Shown piece by piece: positions 51,560 through 64,000 of a stretch of 64,000 nt of DNA. A program made the position numbers and the translations under genes. The DNA lies in the NCBI GenBank assembly GCA_036172245.1, contig JAYWIR010000040.1:1860001-1924000 (forward strand). Reading direction: 5' to 3'. The notes below the pieces were generated by a model. That model ran no database searches. It saw nothing but the letters and a program-made list of their open reading frames with translations, and was not told where the DNA came from. Origin of the DNA: Raillietiella orientalis (lineage: Eukaryota). Every line of letters begins with the position of its first letter. Position 1 is the stretch's first letter.

Positions 51560-53000
51560 TCAGAATGAACCGGAAACTCGAAGGAGATGCGGAAACACGC
51601 CGTGCTCCACACAGCAAACAGATTCGAGGAGCCCGCAGACACCATCCCGAACTTCATTTCCAGAGCAAACACCCATTCCTTATTTTCCGCGAGGCGTGTT
51701 TTCTTAAGAGAAACACCCAAACAGAACCAAAGGCAGGCGGCATCTCAAAACTGATTGAACGCCAACTCCTCGCAACGGAAATCCGAAAAAGATGGTTCTG
51801 GTCCAGCAAGGCAAACATTCGAAAAATGTCTGAGTCCCCGCTTCGAGCACACATCCGGGAAACAGATAACACCCATTCAGTACAGCCCAACAGATGCCTC
51901 CTCTCAAGTGGGGACTCTCCTTACGGGTCTCAAACTCCCGCGTCATTCTCCGTTGTCGACTCGAATCTGCAGCGGAGGAGAATTCAGCAGGAGAGCGCCC
52001 TCTGCTCGCTCTCCTCCGAGAAGCTGGCGGCGAGTTCTGAAATCTCGTCGTTTCATCCTTCCCCTTCAGATGAAGGAATTCGCTCCTCAGATGCGCTCGA
52101 TATCCCCGGATGCGCTAAAGTTGCACGAAGGAGCAAACTTGCCATTCCTTGGCTACCCTTCGATGTTCTGGAGGAAAAATCCCTTTGACGAGGCCCGACA
52201 TCCCTAAGGAAAAATTGAATTGCTGGCAGGTGCTCTGACGGGAGAGAGCTCCAAACATATCTCGTCGCGAAAGGTACGGAAGAAAAGGAGCTCTTCGACG
52301 GGAATGTCATCTTCATGGAGACCTGCTTCTGAATAACCCCGCTGGAGGACTGCGGGAACAAGTCAGCGGCCTACATGCGATGCGTAGCTCAGGAGAATAT
52401 CGGTGACCCTGGCTCCCTCTCCTTCCATCTCCACATAAAAAGTTTTTTTCCTTTCCTTTCCTAGCATCCCTTTTCTTTACTCGATGGACAAGTCAGAATG
52501 CTTCCCGACAGAACATCCAGAGTTCCTCGAATCTTCATAGTGACCGGGGTCCCGTTCCTCACTCTGAAATCTGTTTTTCTTTCGGATGTTTATGGTTACA
52601 GGTTGGGGTGGGGCGCCCCGATGTCACAGCGTACCCCATCAGCTTTCGGAAAGCAGTTTGGCATGCTGGCCGCCGGATGGGTGTCGGCGCGTCAAACTGA
52701 AGCTGATAAGTGGAGGATTACGTTCCAAAAACCTGAGGGCGAAGCGCATGGCAAATGTCAGGGTGCAGCGCCACATCCTCGTTCTCAAAATGGCGTTCGT
52801 TCTGCGGGTCAAAACCAAAATCGTTCAGGTGAAGAGGCTCGCTGTTTAGATTCGTTTCCGCCTTCTTGAATTCTTCTGGCCACCTTACCGCCGAAGCAAA
52901 CACCCCCTTATCAGGAGGACCCAGTTGGGGCATGCTGGACGTCTTAATCGGACCCTCCTGGTAAGTCCGGTCTCGGCGGAATTTCCATATCAAGGCGTGC
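51560..53000 (+). mobile_element. Degenerate LINE (APE endonuclease plus RT; Jockey/CR1-like)
   Basis: FLKRNTQTEPKAGGISKLI (R.DR....GGVAILI), IVTGVP..VFLSDV (ITAGVPQG..IYI.D), and ADKWRITF (W..KWRI.FN) occur in the expected order. Confidence 0.5.
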
Positions 53001-56000
53001 TTGCGTCTTCCGAACGGCCCCCAAGCCCCAGAACTCCATCAATCGCGGGAGATGCTGCTGCTCTGTGGAGGCTGTGGCATCGGACTGAGAGCCAGCATGA
53101 CTCCGTGCAACGCAGGCCGACTCTTCACAGAAGAGAAGAATCCCCGTTCCCTCCAGTCTTGCTCTTTGGGCACGCGCCGTCAGTGAATCCGGCCATGAGA
53201 TACCGACAGGCGCTGCTTGTGCGCTCTTAAAAGTGAGATGCTGAGGTGTGGAGAGATAAAGTGAGATGGCAGAGCGTGGAACTCACGGTCTGGACAACCG
53301 TAGGACTCTGAGGGCTGTAAACGTGAGGATGTTCTTTCTTCTTTTCCTTTGTGGGATCATGGAGCTAGAGGATCTCGACAGGAAGAAATGGCTCCTCTGC
53401 ATCCACACAGCCAAGATTGCCTGAAGAATGAGAGGAGCGCCGAGATACCGAATCACATCTGTTTGTGATGCTCCAATGGATGGAGCGCCATCGACTTGGG
53501 ATGCCGGCGCATTCGAGAATAGATGGAGTGCCATCTCAAGGAGCTGGAGGTGCGGATGGCATTCCCTTCCAGGCGTGCTGAAAAAAAAGTCTGGTTTAGC
53601 TTCAGGCCGAGCAGAGAGGTCAGGCTCGGAGCTCCAAGTTCCCTCCCGTCCCGTTCCGACTGCTGGATCTGCCAAGTCGCCTTCTCCGCCGCTTTGCATT
53701 TCGGTGTGCCGCGTCGTCCAGCTGCTCGGGGGATCTCGCCGGACACGGATATTTTGCCCTGAGTCCGGAAACAGGGCACTCCTTCCAGGATGGTGCAACC
53801 GGAATGCTGGAATTCTTCGCCTCGAAGCGCGGACCACTTTCGAGCCAGAACGAGCCCTCATCCCTGAGAGGTACTCGTCAGTCCATCAAAGGCTGATGAG
53901 GTCTCAGACAGAGCTCGAGGAGCCTCCCCATTGGCAAATGAACTCATGGGAACGATCCAGAAATCACCTCGCTTCCTCCGCTCTCCCAGCTACGCCGTCT
54001 TTCTCTCTCGACCGCCTGGGGCACTTTGGGAGGCTTGTCCTTTCGCGTGCCCTGGTTCCGCTCTCTTATCACTATTCTGGACCCTTCGTCCTGGATGGGA
54101 ACCGATAAAGCATCTTCCTGAGATGCTCATCTTAGCTCCTTCCGTAAACTGAGGGGATCACAAGGGCAGAGGCGCTGCTCCCGGAGCGCGCAAAGAGCGG
54201 AATGGATGCTGCGAGACTGCTCTGCTCTCGTTGGTGCTTCGGGGCGGGAGGTAGTGTGCTCCGAGGAAGGGTCGACGACGGAGGGATTTCATGAGATGTT
54301 TGCGAAGAGAAGAAGGGATGCTTGATCGGGAGGGCAGTGGAATCCGGAGCAGAAGCTTCCGGCAGGCAGACCCATCCGCACTCCCAGACAGCTGCTTCGG
54401 AGGGGGTAGGGATCACCAAGGTGCAGCCTCTGGAGCTGATGCGCTCCTCACCCTCGAAAAACCTATTACGTTCCGAAGTTCGTAGAAGAGGGCAAAAGAG
54501 GATTGGGAATCCGGGGAAGGGTATACCGGCAGGGTCAGGGAAAGACTGTGATGGCCGGGAGCACGGGCAAACCATAGAGTGGCGTCCGAGGGAGTGACCA
54601 CAGTAGACGCATGCAGGGAAGCGACCTACGCTCTTTGCGATCCCCAGGGCACGAGATTCCAAGGGGCCACGTCGCTGAGCTCGTTTGGTTCAGGAAGTAG
54701 GGATCTCTCGGGCTCACTGAGCCTGCGCTCAGTCGACTGCGGTGCTGCTCCGCTTCTGCTGGATGTTTGGGAACGGAACGTCTTCTTTGCGCGAGGGGGG
54801 AGTGGGGATTCGTCTCGTCTTAGCTTTATGGGTGTCGCCGCGACTCTTCCGCAGGACGTTGGGGGGGAGGGGAAGGGAGGGCGAGGCTAACCATCAGGGG
54901 TCACTTTTACAGTCCTCGAAGATCCATGAAATCTGCACGTTCCTCTCTCTTCTTGAGGAGAGGGAAAAAAAGCGCGCAATGCAGCATGAAACCGAGTGTA
55001 GGATTGCCTCACCTCCTGGAAGAGGAGTTAGTTATTTCCCCACTGGACCGCTGGCCGTCTGAACAGAAGCCTGCGTTCCCACCATTTGGCGCTTCCGTCC
55101 TCACTTCCCTGAGAGGTGGGACAAGTCAGGGAGGTCAATTCCTAAAGAGCTGGAAAACCTACTCTCGATGGGGAATGCAGAAGGAGTCTCTCTAACCCCC
55201 CTCTTCTGTTTCAGGATGATGGAGATCCTTTTGATTCTTTCCTGTTTTCTCTGCTACCCATCCAGATTTTTTTTTTTCTTTTTGGTTTTCGCCAAGTTCT
55301 GAAGAACCGTTCGCTTCCTTAGGATGAGGTGGGGGAAGTCATCCTTTAACATTGTCCACGCCACCCAGGGATCCGTGTTGATTCTTCAAGCTACGACCAC
55401 CCTATGGATTCCGAAAGAAGGAGTGCGATCCTCTCGCTACTGGGAGGGATCCCCGAAGGGAACTCTCCTCCTTAGTTGTCTTCGATTTCCACCCGAACAC
55501 TCCGGAGCGTTTCTTGAAATTTGAAGGTAACTCACAAATTGTGGTGGTCCTATCACTTTCCGTTTGTCCATGGGCCTGCCCGGCCGCCGGTATGCAGACC
55601 GGCGGGACTCCCTCCGACAGTTGAGGGGGATGCGAGAAAACGAAAGAGTAAATAAAGAATAAATACAAATCTTTGGGAGGCCCGGGAAGGGAACACTGTC
55701 CACTGGAGGGAGACATTTGCATCTTTCCTAGGATTCCATCTGGGTCCGTCCGCATGAGTCCCAGGTAGGGCCATCTGGCCGCTATCCTCAGGAAGCGAAC
55801 TGCGAACCGGAAGGCATCCCTCCGGTCTCATAACCTGTCGGCTTCGCTCCAGGCCGCCGCAATCCCGCGGATGCAGCAAAGAGCTGCTGGGGCTGCGGCT
55901 GGCTGCGAGGCATCCCGCACAAAGAGGAGCCTCAAAACGTCCCTGGGGGTGCCAGTCGAGGTCCGTAGAGTCATCCTAAAACCTTCCCTCAGGGGCCGGA

Positions 56001-56019
56001 AGGCAACCCCGTTCACTGG

Positions 56020-56260
56020 TTGTCTCCGAAAGGAGCCCCTAAGGGAACCTCTTTCTTATTTTCTTCAGAGGGACCTCCCGGAAAGGGCCACTCTATTATT
56101 TCTTCTCCGAAGGGAACCTGGAAAGGATACGTTCCTGGAATTTCTTCTCCGGAGAAGAAATTCCGCAAGGGAAACTGCTCCTTGCTTCCCCCTCTGAAGA
56201 GAACCCCTTAGGACCGCTTCCAAATTTCTCTAAAGGGCGCCTCCCGAAAGGAGCAGCGCA
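56020..56260 (+). repeat. Degenerate ~40-bp tandem repeat, about 6 units
   Basis: Units begin tctccgaaagg, tcttcagaggg, tctccgaaggg, tctccggagaa, tctgaagaga, tctctaaaggg. Confidence 0.6.
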
Positions 56261-56599
56261 CTTCTGACATTCTGGAGAGGTATCGATCCACCAGTCCTAT
56301 GATACACGATAGAGGGTCCTCCCCCAAGGGGAGGAGATGGCTTTATTCTCACAACCGGAGGAGAATTCCGAAGTGCACTGGCTCTTTGGTTTTTGGAAAT
56401 ACCCCGGAGAGCCAACTTGCAATCCCGACCAATCAACGATGGCATCCGGTTCCCGGCTTCCTACCGGTACCGCATTCGAAGTCCGTGCGCCAACCGGCAT
56501 CGTCCTGCGGGGGAGGAAGGGGAAATAGAAACCCACGACGCACCTATTTCTTTACGTCAATCCTTAATTCGAACCCGCAACACTTGGTACTAAGCGTGG

Positions 56600-58520
56600 A
56601 GACCGCAGCCACGCGCCCTGCAAGGCGGGCAGTGAGGCCTTCCTGAAGAACTGGCGCTCGCTTTCGGAAGATTCCAGGAATTCCAGAGCACCTGCCGCCA
56701 TTGTTCGGCTGTGTGATCCCACGAGAGTCTTCTGCATATCGGATTCTTTTCGGAGATTCTTTTTGGATTCGGCTCCAGGATGGTTTCAGGTCTCTTTCTT
56801 GATAAATCACTGGATGCTGGCGGCGGTTCTTCACCACGCTGATCCAACGCGCGGCGTCTCAATGTGATCTTCACGAGAAATGCAATCCTGAGGTCCCAAC
56901 TTGAGACTCAACGCGAGCTCATTACGCATCACTATATGTACAGGATAACAAATAATGCGGGCCGTGGGCACTGGTGATGGGGCTCTGTGCAAATCTCGTC
57001 CCACTCTGGGACGAGTTTGTTTCCCCACTCCGGCTTTCCCACCGCGAATTTGTTTTCCTTTTCCGTTGAAAACGATGATACCAGTTCCAGGTTTTCCCTT
57101 CTTGTCCTCGGAGGAAGAGAAACAGTGCGTGTGTTTGGAAGACTCGCTCAGGAGTCGGGACCCACCGCTGCCGACCTCTGGCGGTGCTGCCTGAGGTGTT
57201 CAGCACGCCGCCGCCGCTCTACTGGATGCTGTCGATGCGCGTCGACGGAGACTTAGGAATCCTCCTCAGGTCACTCCAGCAACCCAAGTCCCTGCTGGCT
57301 CCTAGGCAGCCAAGTGATTTCGCAGAACACCAGCCTCTCGCCGAATGGTCACCGAACAACCTTTCGGTGACTAGACTGCTCGGCGACTCAACCCGCCTCC
57401 TCCTTTAGAAGCCTGCGCAAGGATGTCTGGAACAAGCATTCAGCCATCCCTCCCATCCCAACTCCACCGCTCCCAGCGCCCTCAGGGAATAAGCCCTCCC
57501 TTCACCTTCTTCATGAATCTTCTTGAATTTTTATCCTCGCGAAGTCACTAGAAACTCAGGTCATGTCTTGCATCCCAGACATGTGCAGACACTTGTCAAT
57601 GAAATACGCTTGAGTCAGCTTGCAGCTCCTCTCCTCACCGACTTCTTTCTCGCCGCGCAGCTACAAGGACTTCTCAGGCCGCAGATGGTCTGCGAAAGTC
57701 GCGCACTCGCTTCCGCTACTTGAGTAGCAAGTACCATCCTCTTATCTCCTTTCTGGAATGATGAGACTTCCGATTTGTGCAGCATCAAAAACAGTGTTCT
57801 TTCCGCTTAGGTAAGGAATCAGCTGCATGGTGAAGCTACACTACCTGTTCTCATTCTCAAAGCAGCTGCTGAGAAAATGGATACAAAGAGTGGGCACCCA
57901 CTGCCCCCCACGCGTGCTCTCAAGGTTTCAAGGTAACATCTTATCGTCAGACACAGACACTTCCCATTGCAGGGCACCCAGATCAAGGGGAAGACCGTGT
58001 TCTGAGCTAGGCTGCATCGCGCCTCGGGCATTTTATGTTCAGCAGCGAACACTTTGGTTCGGAATACGAAGGGATGCATGAGGAGCTGGTGATTCAAATC
58101 AAAAGCAATGGAAGTTGATAGCCAAACCATCCGGAGAACAGCAGACTCGAAATTACAACCAGATCCTGTGCTCCAGGGCGAAGGGTAGGTGATTATGCTG
58201 GACACCTCCTGCCCTTAAGAGTTTGCATCAGCAGCGATGGAAGGGGCGAAACAGAATGAACATCAAGGGCTGGTCCTCCACTTCTTCCCAAAAGAGTGCC
58301 CTCCATAGTCACGACAGTTCCTGTGGAATCCCCGGGATCTTGGGATAACTCATTGAAAGAGTTACAAATTTCCCCCAACCAAACATGTGGGGCAACAGAA
58401 AAGACATGGTGTGCTCGGACATGCAGCATTTCCCGGATGTGTACTGGAAATGGGCCACTTCCCTAGTTAAGAGCTCTCTCACCTTTTGCTGGACTGCAGT
58501 GCCCTGAAGGACTTGTGGTG
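56600..58520 (-). mobile_element. Fragments of Ty3/gypsy integrase (about 57950-58520) and RNase H (about 56600-57000), probably from separate copies
   Basis: GSGCNFESAVLR (SDQGRNFESAVF), TARIICYP (TAPILAYP), and QHPVIYQERDLKPS (EHPVAY.SR.L.P). Confidence 0.4.
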
Positions 58521-61500
58521 GGGGCTCGCTTCCGCGCTCCGACAACGCAGGACATAGCTTTGGACTGTGGCGCTTCTTCACCAGAGGTAAACTGAAGAAG
58601 AGAGATGTGATCGCAACAAAATCGGTTGCATCCGCTCCATAGTGACAGCCCGCCAAGTGTTGGAGTCAGATTCGTGGCGAATAGGGGTCACCAGCATGGC
58701 AGCAGCCCTCATGAGGACAGCAGCAAGGTGACCTCATCTGCCAGAAGCCGCCAGGGAGCTTGCCACCGTCCAGAGCTGCTTTTAGAAGGAAAGGGACATC
58801 TTTAATTAAAGACTACCTATACTCCCTTCCATCTTTTTTTTGTTTATCTATTGTCTCCCCCTGCCATTCCCTACCTTTTGGAAACCGTCTGTGTGCCAAT
58901 GGCTATCCCGGATAAACTTCTCCCTTTTTTTTTTGGCATTTCTCGGTTTTGAGGAATTCTTGTAGTTTGTTTTTTAAAATAAATTCCCCAGTGTCACTGG
59001 GTAAAAACTGTAAGAAAAGCTCGGAGTATCGCCAAGGGAGTTGAATAGAAGAGATGGGAGAAGATGACGATGTTTATGTCCTCTGAAGAAGTGTAAGCAC
59101 CGGCTACTCAACAAAATTGCTGCAACGTCCACAAAATCGATAGCACACTAAAATACAGATTCTCTCCATAGAAGAACTGGATACCACAAATGGGTTCCTT
59201 TTTTGCGGCCTTTTATATCAATAAATACCCCAGCAAGAATCCTACAAATTCAGAAAGCAGAGTGGTGACCATAGAATTCTCACTTACTGACCGATGGAGA
59301 AGACGACTCAGCCTCAAGTACAACGGGGAAAACCTTTTACAAAAGTAAGGGACGGTGCTCAAAGACGTTGGAAGATGTTTTGGAAGAAATAGGCTGAGCG
59401 TTTACGTGTGAGCCCACTTTATAAAGCCACATATACAAGACAGGTAAAATATGGGGCCAATGGAAAACAATGAAACAGACCGTTCGCTGAACTCCTGCGA
59501 GACTCGTAGAGATAGAAAAGGAGAACGGGAGTGGACGATGCTCGATAGACCCAACTACCTCGATCAAAAACACCTTAGGGACGAGAAGGAGAAAGAAGAT
59601 GGGTGCAGAGGAAGGAGAAAGGAGGGCAGAGGAAGCAAAGCTATCCATGAGGGATTCGGCTGAAGACGTTTTCTCAGAAAATAGCTCAGATCTTCAAGCA
59701 CGTATCCGCCACTCTTGATGGATTCTGCTCCCTTCAACTTTGGATCCATGGTCCAGAGTGACAAGTCGCATCCAGAAGTTAGCTGATGCCAACTGCTTGC
59801 CAAGGGAAAAAGCGAAGCGGGTCACCTCTGGGAAGAAAGATTCGGAGGATCCAACGAGGTCGTCCTCCCCTTCCTCGTCAAACCAGGAGGAACTGCTGAT
59901 GTGCCGGAGTCCTTGAGCGTGACACGGCTAACAGTCCTCGAGGGCATGGGAAGGCAGCCAATGGCTGACCACTCCCTCCTTTATAAGGAGGAAAGGAGAA
60001 GGAAGGAAGGATGAAAGAGGAGTCGAAGTTTCTGGTGGTAGCGGCTGCACGAAACCAGGGATGAGAGTTCTTCGATAGCGCCTGCAGGGGCAGAAGCTGA
60101 CTCCTTCCCTTCCCCACTCCTACTCCGAGGAGGATCTTCGAACGAGTGAGGGAAGAGTGGGAATGAATAATGCAGGGCAATCAATAACGGAAAAAAAAGA
60201 AGCTACCTACAGAGCACGATCCCTAGGGACAACCTTATAGGTTCAGCAAGGCTGGAGAAGTAGATGGCCGCCCTGGAAGAGCCACGTGGATCTGCCTCTC
60301 CGTGCCATCCCAGGTGCGCCTTCCCGAAAGTCGCAGCTGCTGGAGGTTGTGCAGCTCTCACGACACAGAAGGAGAGGGAGAACTTCCCTCTCGAGTGTCC
60401 CAAAATTTTGCATCCGGTAGCAATCCCGGAACGCTATCGATGGGGTCCCTAAGGCAGCTTCCGGGAATCTTTCGTCCCTTCAAGGAAGAGCATTCGCTCA
60501 TTCGCCCGGACAGGAGCCTAGCAGCCACCTCTTAGCCACAGCGCTCCAGGACGATGGGTGTCTAGTGTGCAGGACACGCCGGCTTTATTCAGCTCCGGGT
60601 GGTTCCGATCCCCCATGAGTGGGGAGATCAAAGCCCTCCAGATGTCGCCCTCCCTCGAAGAGATTAATCGTCAAGAAAGGGCCCCATGAAGCTGAGGGGG
60701 AATGTACTCACCTCCGCAGGGGACCAATTGGTGGATCTCCCGACTTTCCCCCTTCTCTCTTCCCTGGAACTCTTCAGGAAGGACGGTGTGGGTTGAAAAT
60801 TCCCAGTACCGAATCCCGTGGATTGGATAGCCATGCAAACCAGCGCCCCACGATGACTCTCTCCCAATCTTTCGAGACTCCCCTCAGGCGTTGCTGACTC
60901 GCGATGCTCGTTCGGGACACCTCCTCCCGGCAACCGGCTCCTGTATCTTGCGCTGCGGGCGTCATTCCAGATCACGTATCCCCGTTGAGTTGGCCGACGG
61001 GACGCCGCAGCAAGTGCTCACTGGCCTTTCCCTGTGAAAACCCCTCTTTGGCATCATCACTACGGGGACGCAGGACATCCAGGGAAGCAGAGCGCCTGCG
61101 CGGCACCCTCGGTAGCGCCGCCATCCAGTAGGCACTGTTGCTGCTACTGCTGTATCCACGTAGCAACAAATTGTCGCCTGATGTTCGTCGCCTGCGGTCC
61201 CCAGAGTGAGAGTGGCAGGAGGGAGAGGAAGGCAAGGAAACTGTAAAAGGAAGGGGAGAGAGTGGAGGAGGGAGAAGTTCCTTTCTCCTTCCTTTCCCTC
61301 CCTGGAAGTACCTAGCTCCCCTAAGCTCCTTTAGTAAGGATGGGGTGAGATGGTACTTCCCAGCCCCAAATCCCGTGCAACTGCAGATTCCCTCAGTTTC
61401 TCCAGGGTCGAATCGCCATGCCAATTGGCACGGCACGATGACTCCCTTCGGATCTTCTGAGGTTCCCCATGCGTTTCTGGCCCCATCGCTCGGGACGCCT

Positions 61501-61627
61501 TCTTTCCGCTCAAGCTCTGTATTTCACCCCGATCCCTTTAGCCGCAGCCTTTCTTTCTTCTTCCTGCAGGCAAGGAGGGAGGAGGGGAGATCACTTCCCC
61601 TTCCCGTTTCCTCCGGACCCCTCGCTC

Positions 61628-63334
61628 TCATCCGAAGATGCGCCCCTTCGGCTGGCAGGAGCAGTTGGACCCGAAGAAGTTGCAGCGGCAGTAGTACCGG
61701 GAGCAGCACCTGTGAGGGTGGAAGTCGCACCTCTCGCCGGAGCGCATGCAGAAGCGTCTGAAAAAGAGAGAAAGGAGAAGGAGGATCACTACAAACTGGT
61801 CTCCACCTTCCCATTGGGGTGATCCCCTTTCCTCTTCCCTCTCCGGTTTCCTTCTTCTCCCCTTGGGGATGTGTGCATCCCGGCAAGGAAGGTTTCGCGT
61901 ACGAAACCTTTTCTCCTCCTCCCAGCGACCGGCCGTGCCAGAAGGTGAGTGAACAAGGAGAGGGAAGGGAGTCAAGGAAAGACGGATGGGCCTTTCCGAC
62001 CACGCCCTCGCTTCTCCTCGCGTCGACGAACCGTCCCGATTCGGAGAAAAGAAGTGGAGGGCAAAGCGAGCTCCCACCCACCCTCCTCCGCATCATTGCA
62101 GTCTCCAAAGGAGATCTCTCCGTCTCCGATCTCCTGCGTCTCCACGAGTCTGCCATCCCTTGGTCCCGTTCCGCCCGCCCCAGGGAGGGTAGCTCACGCG
62201 AAACGAACCGCCTCTGGTGGGAGGCGTGCCGGAGCTCTCGCCCCTTTCTGGTGGTTCACTCGATGGTCTTTTCCTGTGCCCTTCCTCTGTGGTCCACGCA
62301 AGAAAACAACAAACCCTCGTCCCACGGGGAGACCCAAGTCGGCGGTCCTCGAGAGCATCCTTCCTCCCCCCTCCCTGAACTTCCTCCATAGGAGCGGACA
62401 GGATGCGCCGAAAGCTCCGGCTGCGCTGAGGAGGCTGAGAGATGAAGGATTGCATCTCTCTCCGGAGGGTCGATCACAGTCCTTGCCGTAGGTTGTTGGA
62501 TCGTCCCTTTTCAAAGAGACCGAGGCTTCAGATCTGACCTTTGCTCTAAACCAGGGAGTGGAAGACACGCCCGCTCTATCGGCCCGAGGAAAGCGCCTGT
62601 GGCAGCAGCGATTCGGAAGGTGGAGGCGGAACTCTTCTTGCCTCTGCAGCTTTCGATCTCGTTGGTCCGTTGGAGATCTCACATTGAAGAAGCCGATCCT
62701 CCGGGAGCTTGAAAGGAGGCTTTTCAAGGACGAACAGTTTGAGGTCACGGTTCCCGGGGGGCATAGAAGCGAGGCGAGGGGACGGATCAGCCTGAAACTC
62801 ATGGCAGGCGAAGTCGATGGACCCATCGCTTCTAGCGCACGCCACACGGGAGGCTGGGAGAAGCCACGAGTCGCCATCATCCACTTATAGCCTCCCTAAC
62901 GGAGCTTTGTTGTCTGGGACGCTTTCGGCGACACTACGCAACCCGTGGGCGAAACGACGAAACTTTACGGACACATGGCGTCTTTCCGAGCACACTGGGG
63001 TCTCACTCAACACGCTTCCTTCCGAGTCACGCCCGCACAAGAGACGTATACTCACTTACTTGTTGCCGATGATTTTCATCAGCTTGTAATAGAGCTCCTC
63101 ATCTTCATCCTCATCCTCCGAGGCGATGTCAGGGTTCGGCCCACCTGGAAGAGGAGACACCAATCAGAATCGATACCGTGAGCCGTCAGCGCGCGCCCTT
63201 CCGCCCCGTTTTCAACAGGGCAAAAGGAAGGAATGGCTGCTGGGCTCACCTGACTCATCTTCGTCGAGGGATGCGCCAACGATGGCGGACAGTAAGAGGA
63301 AGGCGGCAGCGGAGACCTGCACGCGCCGGTTCAT
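61628..63334 (-). CDS. Agatoxin-like ICK peptide precursor, copy 2, 99 aa. Exons 63334-63250, 63144-63060, 61757-61628
   Basis: MNRRVQVSAAAFLLLSAIVGA-SLDEDESGGPNPDIASEDEDEDEELYYKLMKIIGN-KR-FCMRSGERCDFHPHRCCSRYYCRCNFFGSNCSCQPKGRIFG*. Signal peptide, acidic propeptide, KR convertase site formed across the splice junction, 8-Cys ICK and C-terminal Gly. Splice sites are consensus (gtgagc, ttccag, gtaagt, tttttcag); introns are 105 and 1302 nt. Confidence 0.93.
62540..62650 (-). pseudogene. Possible decayed copy of an ICK mature-peptide exon, inside intron 2 of copy 2
   Basis: QEEFRLHLPNRCCHRRFPRADRAG aligns without gaps to copy 1 QERRCDHRPDRCCPNLFCRCNLFG (10/24 identical; Cys2 TGC->CGC). An upstream TGC sits at the Cys1 position if one base was lost. 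Confidence 0.4.
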
Positions 63335-64000
63335 GGCACGCCTGTTGATGGTCCTGGAGAGAAAGGGAAGGGTCGAGGGGTCGCTCCTGGAAAGCATGAA
63401 AAAAGCAGCTTCCCACCGCCTCCTAGAAAATTTCTGATCCCGTGGCGCTCATCGACCCCCTCCTCCGCGCTCACCCGATTTGGCACCTCGAGACACCCGT
63501 GACTGCGCTGACGCCGGGGAACGGAGGAGCATCTGCGAAAGCTCGTTCGTCTCCTCCTCCTTGCTCTTCCAGTTCCGTCCTTCCACCCTCGCCCCCTTTC
63601 CCCACCCTTCACTTTTGTTTTTATTCATCGGAGCCTCTGGGAAGGCTCCAGACCATTCTTTCCTCTCAGGGAGAGGATGAAGAGGAGATGCGCAGAGCAT
63701 CCTTCGGACGGAACTGGGCGCAAGCATCACCCTCTCTCTCTAATGTGCTCTCCCGCGAGACTGACACCGTTAGATTCGTTCCTCCCCTATTTCGCGGGAA
63801 CGCCATCCTTCCCCCCTTTACCCCCACAGCGGCGCGAGCCTCTCTGAGTGGTGACGGAGAGCACCTTTCTCTTCTCTAGGGTCCCCTTTGAGGTCGAGGG
63901 GTGCCATCCGCGAACCAGACAGCCAGGATACTCCGGCGCACCACCTTCCGCTCCTCCCTTCTTTCCCATCTCAAAGGAATGCTCACGTTGCCGTGGAGTC

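Noticed and set aside
43547..58505. Isolated 21-22 nt AG..GT mini-exon candidates on the minus strand (about 43549-43569, 57639-57660, 58483-58503) as parts of a further ICK gene
   Set aside because: No accompanying signal-peptide or Cys-rich exon was found between the two genes; such sites arise by chance, and one lies within an integrase relic.
20000..64000. Hundreds of 60-316 aa ORFs in the ORF track
   Set aside because: They overlap on all six frames, are R/S/G/P-rich and lack recognisable domains, as expected by chance in GC-rich DNA. Only the ICK exons and TE motif relics are supported.
1..64000. Prokaryotic systems (CRISPR array, operons, defence islands), rRNA or tRNA genes
   Set aside because: No regularly spaced identical repeats, no long uninterrupted CDS and no recognisable structural RNA; the genes carry spliceosomal introns.

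Overview
Eukaryotic (animal, probably arthropod-like) nuclear DNA with spliceosomal introns; almost all ORFs in the supplied track are spurious. The window has two compositional compartments. About 1-18.4 kb is AT-rich and gene-dense with very short introns (33-50 nt). It holds an intact 5-exon ARL1 gene, an overlapping pair of single-TM microprotein ORFs (PIGBOS1-like and tentatively SMIM11-like), and several multi-exon genes I could not name. About 20-64 kb is GC/CpG-rich and gene-poor. It holds an unprocessed ARL1 pseudogene whose substitutions are strongly AT->GC, many highly decayed Ty3/gypsy and LINE remnants, and two divergent, spliced, minus-strand genes for secreted 8-Cys inhibitor-cystine-knot (ICK) peptides of the agatoxin-like peptide (ALP) type, plus a possible decayed third ICK exon. 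Gene models were built by hand from splice signals and reading phase; family assignments rest on recalled motifs, not database searches.
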